Assembly: GCA_964446625.1 (NCBI GenBank)
Contig: CAYUPH010000002.1
Span: forward strand, 69,743-133,742
Length of the DNA stretch: 64,000 nt
Origin: an uncultured Candidatus Saccharibacteria bacterium
GTDB lineage: Bacteria; Patescibacteriota; Minisyncoccia; Phycocordibacterales; CAIRYW01
Reading direction: 5' to 3'
A model generated the notes under the pieces. It searched no databases. It had not been told where the DNA came from and saw only the letters and a list, made by a program, of their open reading frames with translations. The translations under genes and the position numbers were made by a program. How positions within the stretch are numbered: the stretch's first letter is position 1; each line of letters starts with the position of its first letter. This document shows positions 18,027-27,089 of this stretch, piece after piece.

Positions 18027-18776
18027 TTAGCTTTTTGTAACCTCAAACTTTACACCATTTGAGCCTACACCAGTATTAATTTCGTATACCCCCGGTACCA
18101 CTTTGCTATATTCTTTGCAATTAAAATTCTCAAGAGAACTGCATAATTTATCTTTAACTGTTATTCGTAACCAATTTGAAGATGAGTCTTTGCCACTTTC
18201 TATTTTTTCAAGAACAAAATACACTTTACCTGCTTTATCCTTTAATTGAACAACAGGAACTCCATCAAATTCAGTATTTGTAATGTTACTACCTCTTATC
18301 TCTACTACAGTACCGACAGGACCAGAAGTTGGGTAGATTGATTCAATATATGTATCATGAGAGTTGTGATGCACAACACTATCAAACAATCTCTCAACTT
18401 CAACATTATCACTCTCGGTATATATTGTAATTCTTTGTGGATCATTTCCCACTGTATATCCTGACCAACATCTTTTTGCAGTAGCAATCGAGGAACAAGA
18501 ATGTTCTTTAAAAGAGGTGATAATTTTTATAACAGCATCATCATTCTCTGAAGAAGAAAGGATAGTTTCAGAAAAATCTTTTTTAGAAACATTATCAAGT
18601 GATTCCACCAGCTTCCAATCAGAAGGATAAGAGATTGTAGTGTATCCCCCCACATACTCTTTTGTAATCCATTCTATATTTTTCTCCTCATTAGATTGGT
18701 TAAAATAAAAAAAGTAAGCGCATATCAATAGTACAATTATTAGAATTGACCCCAAATAAAGATTTTTCTTTTTCAT
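18027..18776 (-). CDS. hypothetical membrane-anchored extracellular protein
   Basis: 249 aa with N-terminal TM and a beta-rich C-terminal part; no identifiable motif. Confidence 0.4.
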   Translation of the reverse strand: MKKKNLYLGSILIIVLLICAYFFYFNQSNEEKNIEWITKEYVGGYTTISYPSDWKLVESLDNVSKKDFSETILSSSENDDAVIKIITSFKEHSCSSIATAKRCWSGYTVGNDPQRITIYTESDNVEVERLFDSVVHHNSHDTYIESIYPTSGPVGTVVEIRGSNITNTEFDGVPVVQLKDKAGKVYFVLEKIESGKDSSSNWLRITVKDKLCSSLENFNCKEYSKVVPGVYEINTGVGSNGVKFEVTKS

Positions 18777-18791
18777 AACTCTTTTAAAAAA

Positions 18792-19901
18792 TTAAGTATA
18801 AGTAGGCGTAGCAGGAGCAGGAGAAACCTCTACCGCAGGAGGAACAGGATTTTCTGGAGATTTCATACTGCTTTTTGCTGCCTTTAGCGCATGCAGAACA
18901 AGCGAGTGAGTGTAGCCGATTTCATTGTCATACCACGCACACACTTTTCCTAGATTACTGTCTACAACTCGAGTGAGTGACAAATCAGCTATTGACGCAT
19001 ATACAGAACCAACAATATCAGAAGAAACAAGAGGTTCGTTTGTTACTGTAAAGACATCCTGCCACCTTTCGCTTTGAGATGCTTTTTGCAAAATACCGTT
19101 TATCTCCTCGGTGCTTGTAGGGCGTTTGAAAAGCATAGTAATGTCTGAAATTGACCCTGCAATCACAGGAACTCGCATTGAAATTCCATCGAACTTTCCT
19201 TTGAGTCGAGGCATTGCTTTTGTGACAGCGATTGCAGCTCCGGTAGAAGTAGGGACAATGTTTTGTGCTGCTGCCCTTCCTTCCTTCCAATCTTTTTTAC
19301 TTGGCGAATCTACAAGCGACTGCGAAGCTGTGTAGCCGTGAACTGTCGACAAAATTGCTTTCTCTACACCAATTGCCTCGTCCAAAATCGCAATAACTGG
19401 ACTCGATGCATTTGTTGTACAGCTAGCGTTTGATGTAATAGGTGAAGAACCAAATTCGTTTTCATTGAGCCCCATGAGGATTGTTGGAGTAACTACGCCT
19501 CCTTCTTCATCTTTTGCAGGCGCAGAAATCACAACATGTTTTGCACCAGCATCGAGGTGTGCTTTTGCTTTTTCGTAACTTGTAAAAAGCCCAGTTGATT
19601 CAATTACAATATCAATTTGAAGAGACGCCCACGGAAGACTCTTGGGGTCCTTCTCGCTAAAGTATAGAATTTCTTTTCCTCCAATTGTCAGAGATTTTTT
19701 GTCTGGTGCAGTCGAAACAGCGTATCCACTCTTTCCGTACGCACTGTCGTACTTCATAAGGTACGCAATATTTTCAATATCTGCCAAATCGTTTACAGCA
19801 ACAACTTCCATTTCTTTAAAACCTTGAGCGATTTTATAAAACGCTCGCCCGATTCGCCCTGCTCCGTTTATTGCAACTCTAATTTTTTGACTTCTGTCCA
19901 T
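18792..19901 (-). CDS. gap: glyceraldehyde-3-phosphate dehydrogenase with a Pro/Ala-rich C-terminal tail
   Basis: INGAGRIGR NAD motif and active-site ASCTTNASSPV; about 30 aa of extra C-terminal low-complexity sequence ENPVPPAVEVSPAPATPTYT. Confidence 0.85.
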   Translation of the reverse strand: MDRSQKIRVAINGAGRIGRAFYKIAQGFKEMEVVAVNDLADIENIAYLMKYDSAYGKSGYAVSTAPDKKSLTIGGKEILYFSEKDPKSLPWASLQIDIVIESTGLFTSYEKAKAHLDAGAKHVVISAPAKDEEGGVVTPTILMGLNENEFGSSPITSNASCTTNASSPVIAILDEAIGVEKAILSTVHGYTASQSLVDSPSKKDWKEGRAAAQNIVPTSTGAAIAVTKAMPRLKGKFDGISMRVPVIAGSISDITMLFKRPTSTEEINGILQKASQSERWQDVFTVTNEPLVSSDIVGSVYASIADLSLTRVVDSNLGKVCAWYDNEIGYTHSLVLHALKAAKSSMKSPENPVPPAVEVSPAPATPTYT

Positions 19902-20021
19902 TTGAGAATAATTCTATCATATTTCCCAAAAAAACTTTACAACTTTAGTGCTTCTGTTAGAGTGTTGGCAGTAGCCCTTTCAAATTCCTGAAACGGCGAA
20001 CTCATTCCAAAACCTACTCCA

Positions 20022-20615
20022 ATGATTCAACGCGCGTTACTATCCGTCTCCGACAAATCCGGCATCGTCGATTTTGCCCGAAGTCTGCATGAAATGAAAG
20101 TTGAGTTGCTGTCCACCGGCGGCACAGCCAAGACCCTCCGCGAAGCGGGACTGCCAGTTATCGAAGTCAGCGACTACACCGGCTTTCCTGAGTGCCTCGA
20201 CGGCCGGGTGAAGACGCTTCATCCGAAAATCCACGGCGGATTCCTCTACATCCGCGGGAATGCCGAGCACGAAGCCCAGGCCGCAAAGCATGGGATCGGC
20301 CCCATCGACCTGCTGGTGGTCAATCTTTACCCGTTCGAGCAGACCGTGGCCCGCGAAGGCGTGTCGTTCGAAGATGCCATCGAAAACATCGACATCGGCG
20401 GCCCGGCGATGCTCCGCGCTGCGGCGAAGAACCACGAATCCGTGACCATCGTCACTGATCCCGCCGACTACGAGACGGTGATCGAGGAAATGACCACCAA
20501 CGGCGGCGATACCACGCTTTCCACCCGGCGCCGGCTGGCCGTGAAGGTGTATCGCCGCACGTCGGAATACGACGCTGCGATAAGCGACTACTTGGAGGCG
20601 ACTTTCAAAGATTAA
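20022..20615 (+). CDS. purH: PurH N-terminal IMP-cyclohydrolase (MGS-like) domain only; high-GC, apparently foreign, truncated gene
   Basis: 197 aa collinear with the first ~200 residues of bacterial PurH ([91 protein letters not shown]) but lacking the AICAR-transformylase domain. GC content and third-position G/C codons are far above the flanking DNA. Confidence 0.75.
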   Translation: MIQRALLSVSDKSGIVDFARSLHEMKVELLSTGGTAKTLREAGLPVIEVSDYTGFPECLDGRVKTLHPKIHGGFLYIRGNAEHEAQAAKHGIGPIDLLVVNLYPFEQTVAREGVSFEDAIENIDIGGPAMLRAAAKNHESVTIVTDPADYETVIEEMTTNGGDTTLSTRRRLAVKVYRRTSEYDAAISDYLEATFKD

Positions 20616-20629
20616 ACTGCCCTCCTCCT

Positions 20630-20658
20630 GCAACAACCATAAGTTGTTGCTTTTTTTA
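20630..20658 (+). terminator. rho-independent terminator GCAACAAC-CATAA-GTTGTTGC followed by T7
   Basis: 8-bp perfect stem followed by TTTTTTTATT, 15 nt after the purH-fragment stop. Confidence 0.6.
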
Positions 20659-20667
20659 TTCCCAAAA

Positions 20668-22095
20668 CTAAGAAATAGCTGCAACAATCGCCTCTTTTGC
20701 GACCGCAGGGTTTATTGACCCTTTTCCTGCTTTCATAATTTGTCCAACTAGAAACATAAGAGCTGCTTCTTTTCCTCCTTTGTAGTCTTCTACCACACTT
20801 GGGTTTGCGACTAGAACTTCGTCTATTATCTTTTTGAGCGCTTCGGGATCATTTTTTAAAATCCATCCTTTTTCTTCTGCAATTTTTTCTGGGTCTTCAC
20901 CTCCTTCAGTAAAAAGAATTGCAAGAATATCCTTGGCTCCCCTGCTCGAAATCTTTCCAGAAGAGAGTAGGTTTATGAGTTCTCCAAATGAGCTTGGGAA
21001 AACTCCTCCTGTATCTGTTTTACCCGCATTTTTCATGAGTCCTAGAAGATCCGACACAATATAGTTTGCCGCAAGAGTCACACAGCTCTTATCGTTGCAA
21101 AAGTTTTCTATTGCTCTCTCAAAAAACACGCCGAGAGCACTGTTTTGAACAAATACTTCTATATCATCATTTTTTAGTCCGTATGTGTTTACATACCTCT
21201 GTCTCTTTTCTTCTGGGAGCTCGGGCATTTCTTTGCGAAGTGTTTCCTCTTTTAGTTCTGGAATTTCAGAGAGATAGAACTTTGGAATGTCTGGCTCTGG
21301 AAAGTATCTGTAGTCATGGGCATCTTCTTTTGATCTTTGGCTAAAAGTTTTTCCTGTTGATTCGTCAAAACCTCTTGTTTCTTGAACAATCTTTTCGCCG
21401 CTTTCTAAAACTTTTCGATGTCTTTCTATTTCAAACTCGATTGCTCTTTGTACTGATTTAAAGGAGTTAAGGTTTTTTACTTCTACTTTTGTTCCGAACT
21501 TTGTAGGGTCGCTACTTATTGAAATATTTGCCTCAACACGCATTTGTCCCTTTTCCATGTTTGCTTCACTTGCACCAAGATAGCGAAGAATGAGCTGAAG
21601 CTCTCGTGCAAAATCTCCTGCTGTTTTTGCGTCGTGTATTACAGGCTCTGTTACAAGTTCCATAAGTGGAAGCGATGAACGATTGAAATCCACGAGCGAG
21701 TAATCTCCCGTGTCGTGGCTACTTTTTGCCGTGTCTTCCTCTAAGTGAATTCGAGTGAGCTCTACCCCTTTTATATTTCCTCCTGAAACAAGAGGGTATT
21801 TGTACTGACTAATTTGATACCCTTTTGGAATGTCGGGATAAAAGTAGTTTTTTCTATCAAACTCTGTAAAGTCAGCGAGCTTTCCACCAACCGCAAGGCC
21901 TACCATGAGAACTTTTTTTATAGCTTCAAAGTTTGGGTAAGGAAGGGTTCCCGGGTGACCCATACACACCGGACAGACATTTACATTAGGTTTTTCTTCG
22001 TCAGGGTCGTTCTTGCACCCACAAAACATCTTGCTTACCGTCTGAAGCTCTGCGTGGATTTCGAGACCAATGGTTGCAGTGTATTTGTTTTCCAT
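20668..22095 (-). CDS. gatB: aspartyl/glutamyl-tRNA amidotransferase subunit B
   Basis: MENKYTATIGLEIHAELQT and the rest align with GatB end to end; the start is set at the internal Met (22095) that aligns with the family, not the upstream in-frame extension. Confidence 0.85.
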   Translation of the reverse strand: MENKYTATIGLEIHAELQTVSKMFCGCKNDPDEEKPNVNVCPVCMGHPGTLPYPNFEAIKKVLMVGLAVGGKLADFTEFDRKNYFYPDIPKGYQISQYKYPLVSGGNIKGVELTRIHLEEDTAKSSHDTGDYSLVDFNRSSLPLMELVTEPVIHDAKTAGDFARELQLILRYLGASEANMEKGQMRVEANISISSDPTKFGTKVEVKNLNSFKSVQRAIEFEIERHRKVLESGEKIVQETRGFDESTGKTFSQRSKEDAHDYRYFPEPDIPKFYLSEIPELKEETLRKEMPELPEEKRQRYVNTYGLKNDDIEVFVQNSALGVFFERAIENFCNDKSCVTLAANYIVSDLLGLMKNAGKTDTGGVFPSSFGELINLLSSGKISSRGAKDILAILFTEGGEDPEKIAEEKGWILKNDPEALKKIIDEVLVANPSVVEDYKGGKEAALMFLVGQIMKAGKGSINPAVAKEAIVAAIS

Positions 22096-22356
22096 AGGGA
22101 GTATGATAGCATCAATTTGAAACCTGTTCCAATCATATGGCACATTTTGACCCAGACCGCATACCAGAAGGAGCGGACATTCATGACCGTTCGGCTTTGC
22201 CCACACTCGGATTCCTTTCAAAAATTTCAGATTGGCTGAAAAGACGGAAAGGACTCGTTCGATGTGAGTTATGCGGTGAGTATTGGCTGCGCGATACTGC
22301 CAATAACAACTGTCCTAACTGCTGCGTCGGAGATTAACCTCTGATTGCAGCTTTTT

Positions 22357-23337
22357 TTATTTCCCCTCTTCTTCTCGAAGAAGCTTCACAAGCGAATCTT
22401 TAAAATTCTTTACTGATTCATCATCAAGAACAGAGATTGTCATCACCTCTTTCTTTGTAGCCTTTAGTTCTTTTATTTTTGCCTTTAGAGTCTTTTCGTC
22501 ACAAACATCTGTCTTAGTAAGCAGAATTATCTGTCTTTTTTTAAGTAGAGTTTCATCAAACTTTTCTAGTTCGCCTGCAACAGTTTCGTACACTTCTCGT
22601 ACATTTTCATTTTCCGCAGATACGAGATGTAAAATTATTTCTGTTCGCTTTATATGCTTCAAGAATTTGTGTCCAAGTCCTTTTCCCTCACTTGCCCCTT
22701 CTATAAGTCCAGGAATATCCGCGAGCACAAACTCGTAGAGTGCTCCGAGGTGTGGCTCAAGAGTTGTAAATTGATAGCTACCAATTTTTGAATTTGCATT
22801 TGTGAGAGCGTTCAAAAGAGAGCTCTTTCCTGCGTTTGGCAAACCCACAAGTCCAACTTGCGCAAACATCTGTAGCTCCACCTGAAACCATGCACTTTCT
22901 CCCTCCTGTCCTTTTGTGGATTCTTCTGGAGTTTGGTTTGTTGAACTCTTGAAGTACTCATTGCCAAGTCCACCTCTTCCTCCTTTTAATATAAGCTCTT
23001 CTTGTCCGATCTTTTCTAGAGAAAACTTCTCTCCCGTCTCCTGGTTCTTTAAAATACTTCCGACAGGAAAATCAATATAGAGGTTTTCTCCATTCTTTCC
23101 GTGACAGCTGTTTTTAAAACCATCTTCCCCTTTTTCTGCTTCAAACTTTTTTACATGTTTGTAGTTAGACAAAAGACTAATATCGGATACGGCGCGAATA
23201 AACACATCTCCTCCTCGTCCACCGTTTCCGCCTGACGGACCAGAATACTCTTTTCCTTTTTCATGTCGGAAGCGCACAACCCCATCTCCTCCACTTCCTG
23301 CTTTTATATAAATTTTAATTTCGTCAATTAATGCCAT
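22357..23337 (-). CDS. obg: GTPase Obg/CgtA
   Basis: Gly-rich Obg fold (GGDGVVRF, GGNGGRGGDV) and GTPase motifs GLPNAGKSS, DIPG and TKTD. Confidence 0.85.
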   Translation of the reverse strand: MALIDEIKIYIKAGSGGDGVVRFRHEKGKEYSGPSGGNGGRGGDVFIRAVSDISLLSNYKHVKKFEAEKGEDGFKNSCHGKNGENLYIDFPVGSILKNQETGEKFSLEKIGQEELILKGGRGGLGNEYFKSSTNQTPEESTKGQEGESAWFQVELQMFAQVGLVGLPNAGKSSLLNALTNANSKIGSYQFTTLEPHLGALYEFVLADIPGLIEGASEGKGLGHKFLKHIKRTEIILHLVSAENENVREVYETVAGELEKFDETLLKKRQIILLTKTDVCDEKTLKAKIKELKATKKEVMTISVLDDESVKNFKDSLVKLLREEEGK

Positions 23338-23389
23338 ATGTTTTATTTATTACTTTCAACTTTTTACTTTCTTCTTTCTACTACCTCCC

Positions 23390-24280
23390 CTACTCTCTGA
23401 GTGCGATTTTTGCGAGAGCTAGCGCTGACTCTTTATCTGTCGTAAATGCTGCAAAACGCTTGAGGTGACAAAACTTTGCCCCAGAAACTCCTGTCAGCTT
23501 TTGAAACTCCTCTCCTTCTTTTCCTGCCCAGTTTTCTGGAAGGTCTTTTCTATTTTCAAAAGTACCATCTCCTTTTTTTATCGCTCGCAGGCTCCAACTA
23601 TTTTCTGCTTTATTGTAAGGAGAGACAATAAAAACAACATCCTTATATTCCTGAACGACTCCCGAGAGACCAGAAAAATGATCTTCAAAAACAAGGAGCG
23701 CTTTGTTCTCTGCATTTTCATACACTTCTTTCACTTTTCTCTTAGTGTCTACTAACGCTCTTGCCCCCGCTATTTCTCGAGAAAGAACTAGTTTCGCCAT
23801 TTTCACTGCTTCAAAAAATGCAGCGTCCATATCATAGCTTCCTTCGAGATGTGTAGGTTCAAAAGATGAAACAATATTGTAGACAGCATATTGCGACACA
23901 CCTTCGAAAAGTGGCTTAGATATTGCAACCCCATTGTCCCCCGCATCAATCGGTAAAACAAGTTTTTGTTCAATATATTTTGCCTCTTCCTCTCCACCTG
24001 CTATTTGTGTTCCGTAGTGCTTCCACATAAGCCCGAATCCGGCATAAGGTATTTTATTTTCTCTATACATAATTTCCTGATGGTGATCAAATCGACAAGC
24101 CTCAGGATCATATATTCGCCCGACATCTACTGCAATGTCTGCTGTTTTAATCTTCTCCATGTCCCTTGTTCGAATGACAGATATATCTCCAAAAAGAATT
24201 TCAAATGCTGCAATTGAAAAAACATCATCTGCATGGAAAGGTCCATCGTGTGTTGCGACTACTTTCATTTTAGAGACCAA
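23390..24280 (-). CDS. MYG1/UPF0160-family metal-dependent hydrolase
   Basis: VATHDGPFHADDV and RFDHHQ motifs characteristic of MYG1-family phosphoesterases. Confidence 0.55.
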   Translation of the reverse strand: MVSKMKVVATHDGPFHADDVFSIAAFEILFGDISVIRTRDMEKIKTADIAVDVGRIYDPEACRFDHHQEIMYRENKIPYAGFGLMWKHYGTQIAGGEEEAKYIEQKLVLPIDAGDNGVAISKPLFEGVSQYAVYNIVSSFEPTHLEGSYDMDAAFFEAVKMAKLVLSREIAGARALVDTKRKVKEVYENAENKALLVFEDHFSGLSGVVQEYKDVVFIVSPYNKAENSWSLRAIKKGDGTFENRKDLPENWAGKEGEEFQKLTGVSGAKFCHLKRFAAFTTDKESALALAKIALRE

Positions 24281-24467
24281 GATTAAGACTGTTCACTTGC
24301 TCGAGACCTGAAAGAAAACTTGGTATAGCAAACGCAAGACCTATGACAGGAAGCACAACCAGCGCGATTGTAATCCAAAAAGTGAGTGCAAAGTACCTTT
24401 TGAGCTTTTTAATATCAGCACTCAGTAAGTCAATTTTTGTTTCGAGATTTTTAATTTGTTCTTCCAT
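24270..24467 (-). CDS. hypothetical small membrane protein
   Basis: 65 aa with an amphipathic N-terminus and one TM helix; 11-nt overlap with the downstream MYG1 start suggests coupling. Confidence 0.3.
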   Translation of the reverse strand: MEEQIKNLETKIDLLSADIKKLKRYFALTFWITIALVVLPVIGLAFAIPSFLSGLEQVNSLNLGL

Positions 24468-24471
24468 TTTT

Positions 24472-25299
24472 TTAGTCTAGTTTTAATAATCGTCCTTCTT
24501 TTTTTACTTTAGCAAACATTTTTACAAAAAACCAAAGCATTACTACCAAATAAATGAGTGCTACACCGAGTCCGTTTGCCATATATTTCCATGCCACATC
24601 TCCTGTTGCAAATGTAAACCTAATCCCTTCAAAGACATATGTTGAAGGAATAAAATATGAAATCCACGAAAACGCAGGGGGGATTGCTGAAACTGGGTAA
24701 AACACGGCTGAGAAAGGCTGAACTAGAAAGACAAGGCCGAAAGCCAGCACCTGTGCAGATGTTCCGAATCGGAGGATTATCGCCATGTTAAAGATAGCAA
24801 GACTAAAACCAAAAATAAGTAGAATGAGTATAAAAGGCAAAAGAGCGAATCCTAGCGAAAATATATTGAAGTGATAAAGGAGAATCGCAAGGAGTGCCAT
24901 TACTCCTAGAACTGCAGTCGTTCGGATAACACCAAGAAGAACAGTTGAAAAAAGGAACTCGCTAACACGCAGTGGCGTGACGAACAGATTAAGGAAGTTC
25001 CTTTCCCAAACATCCTCGAGGAAAGTAATCGCGACCGCATTTTGCATTCGTTGCATCAGCTCCCACAAAATAATTGATCCAAGGAGAATACTCACAATGT
25101 TTACATTGTCGAGGCTTATTTTTCCAAGGTAAACTGAAAGGAAACCCCACATAAGAATCGACACGACAGGCCAAAAGAAAATATCCATGAGTCTCGGAAG
25201 ACTTCGTTTGTAAAGATATAGGTGTCTGATTGTAAGCGCATTAATGCGGTGTAGTTTCATATTTTTACTCTTCTCTTGCAATTGCAAGGAACACTTCAT
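24472..25299 (-). CDS. ABC-2 type transporter permease
   Basis: 275 aa, six TM helices; overlaps the upstream ATPase gene by 35 nt. Confidence 0.6.
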   Translation of the reverse strand: MKCSLQLQEKSKNMKLHRINALTIRHLYLYKRSLPRLMDIFFWPVVSILMWGFLSVYLGKISLDNVNIVSILLGSIILWELMQRMQNAVAITFLEDVWERNFLNLFVTPLRVSEFLFSTVLLGVIRTTAVLGVMALLAILLYHFNIFSLGFALLPFILILLIFGFSLAIFNMAIILRFGTSAQVLAFGLVFLVQPFSAVFYPVSAIPPAFSWISYFIPSTYVFEGIRFTFATGDVAWKYMANGLGVALIYLVVMLWFFVKMFAKVKKEGRLLKLD

Positions 25300-25987
25300 T
25301 TAAGTCTTTGTGTCCAAACTTCTGGACAAGAGCTGCTGGAGTTCCCTCTTCTCGGATTTTTCCTTTGTTTATAAAAATAACTGTGTCACAAATCTCTTCT
25401 ATCTCCTGCATATTGTGTGATGTATAAAGAATCGATACCCCTCTTTCCTGCTGAATTTTCTTTAACATTTTTCGTGTCTTGTCTGCTATATCTGGATCAA
25501 GGGACGCAGTTGCCTCGTCCAAAAGAAGAAGTTCTGGATCGTTTAAAAATGCTTTTGTTAGATTCACACGAGTAAGTTGTCCAGTAGAGAGTGCAGGAGT
25601 TTTTTTTGAAAGCAGGTGCTCCACCTCGAAATACTTTGCGGTCTCTTTTATTTTTTGTACCGGATTTTTTACTCCATAAAGACGAGCAAAAGTAAGGAGG
25701 TTTTCCATGACAGTAAGACTCATCGGAAGAGAGACGTACGGGGAAGAAAAGTTTGTCTTCGCCAAAATCTCTCCTCTATGCTCGATAAAATCTTTGCCGA
25801 AAATCTCTATACTTCCTTTTGTAGGCGTAATAAGTCCAAGAAGCATTTGAATTGTTGTAGTCTTTCCAGCACCATTTGGACCAAGAAGCGCAGTGATCTT
25901 CCCTTTTTGCACCCGCAGCGAAAGGTTGTCAACAGCGCGAAAAGTACCAAACTCTTTGATTAGATTTTTTGTCTCAATAATATACAT
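25265..25987 (-). CDS. ABC transporter ATP-binding protein
   Basis: Walker A GPNGAGKTT, signature LSTGQLTRV and Walker B LLLLDEAT. Confidence 0.8.
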   Translation of the reverse strand: MYIIETKNLIKEFGTFRAVDNLSLRVQKGKITALLGPNGAGKTTTIQMLLGLITPTKGSIEIFGKDFIEHRGEILAKTNFSSPYVSLPMSLTVMENLLTFARLYGVKNPVQKIKETAKYFEVEHLLSKKTPALSTGQLTRVNLTKAFLNDPELLLLDEATASLDPDIADKTRKMLKKIQQERGVSILYTSHNMQEIEEICDTVIFINKGKIREEGTPAALVQKFGHKDLNEVFLAIAREE

Positions 25988-27042
25988 TACGCTCTATAGT
26001 CTCGCACAATGAGCGTTTTGTAAATATCCAGAAGAGCAAATAGAAAACTAAGTGTAATTGGCCCCAAAATAAAGCCTACTGCCCCGAAAAAGCTAATTCC
26101 TCCAAGAGCAGACAAAAGGATAAGGAGCGGGTGAATTTGAACACCTTTTCCGATAAGTTTTGGACCGAGCAAATTATCAATAAACCCTACCGCAAGTGCT
26201 CCCCAAATCAAAAGACCTAGTGCTCCAAAACTGTTTCCTGAAAAGAAAAGGTAAAGAATAGCAGGAACAATAACTATTGAAGTTCCAAGTCCTGGAATAA
26301 GCGCTGCCACCATCGCGACACCTCCCCATAGAACCGGTGACGGAAGTCCAAAAAATGAAAAACCAGCTATTGAAAGTGCTCCTTGAATGATTGCAACAAA
26401 TATTGAACCCTTCACAATAGAATGAACAGCACTCTGAAGCTTCTGCATTATTAGTTCGTCTCTATCGTCTTTCATTGGACTAAGTGCAACAATACTCTTT
26501 CGAAGTTTTTCTCCATCTCGAATAAGATAGAAGAAAGAGATGAGAAAAAGAAATATTCCTACCGCAAGCTTTGCGAGTCCAGAGAAAATATCTCCAAAAT
26601 GCCCCCGAAGCCATGTCAAAACCTGAATAATGTAGTTTTCGGTGTCTGCAACATCAAAGACAGGTGTATTTACAGAGACTGGTGAAAAGTTATGAACAAG
26701 TCTATTGGCCACTTCAGTTAGTTTTGGTATTAGATCACCTTCTCCAAGAGTGGTGACTGAGGTTGTATAGAGGTTTCTTACTTCATCGGAAAGTTGAATT
26801 CCAAAAAGGGATAGCGGGACAACTACAACTGCAATAACAATCACTACGGTTATAAGCGCAGAAAGAGACTCACTATTCGGCATGTGTCTTAAGATTTTTT
26901 TGTATAAAGGAGAGAAAATCACTGCAAATACAACCGCAATAAAAAGCGTATATAGATAGGGAGACAAAATTTTAAAAACCAAAAACAGCGACCCTATGAG
27001 TAGAAAGAAGAAAAGATAGTTTTCGAGTTTCCTTTCGTGCAT
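25987..27042 (-). CDS. AI-2E family (PerM/UPF0118) membrane transporter
   Basis: 351 aa with about eight TM helices and AI-2E-type topology. Confidence 0.6.
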   Translation of the reverse strand: MHERKLENYLFFFLLIGSLFLVFKILSPYLYTLFIAVVFAVIFSPLYKKILRHMPNSESLSALITVVIVIAVVVVPLSLFGIQLSDEVRNLYTTSVTTLGEGDLIPKLTEVANRLVHNFSPVSVNTPVFDVADTENYIIQVLTWLRGHFGDIFSGLAKLAVGIFLFLISFFYLIRDGEKLRKSIVALSPMKDDRDELIMQKLQSAVHSIVKGSIFVAIIQGALSIAGFSFFGLPSPVLWGGVAMVAALIPGLGTSIVIVPAILYLFFSGNSFGALGLLIWGALAVGFIDNLLGPKLIGKGVQIHPLLILLSALGGISFFGAVGFILGPITLSFLFALLDIYKTLIVRDYRA

Positions 27043-27089
27043 GTATTAATTATACTTTTTTTTAAAAAAATCCACAAAGGGGAAAAACC

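Noticed and set aside
20040-20687. Long minus-strand ORF (215 aa) and two plus-strand ORFs (20192-20458, 20260-20445) overlapping the purH fragment
   Set aside because: They are Arg/Pro/Gly-rich and lie entirely within the high-GC island, where stop codons are rare on every frame. The plus-frame PurH translation has clear family motifs, so these are compositional artefacts.
22096-22221. N-terminal extension of gatB (MKGIRVWAKPNGHECPLLL...)
   Set aside because: GatB family proteins begin at the MENKYTATIGLEIH-type sequence; the 42-aa extension is unconserved and Cys/Leu-rich junk, so the start was moved to 22095.
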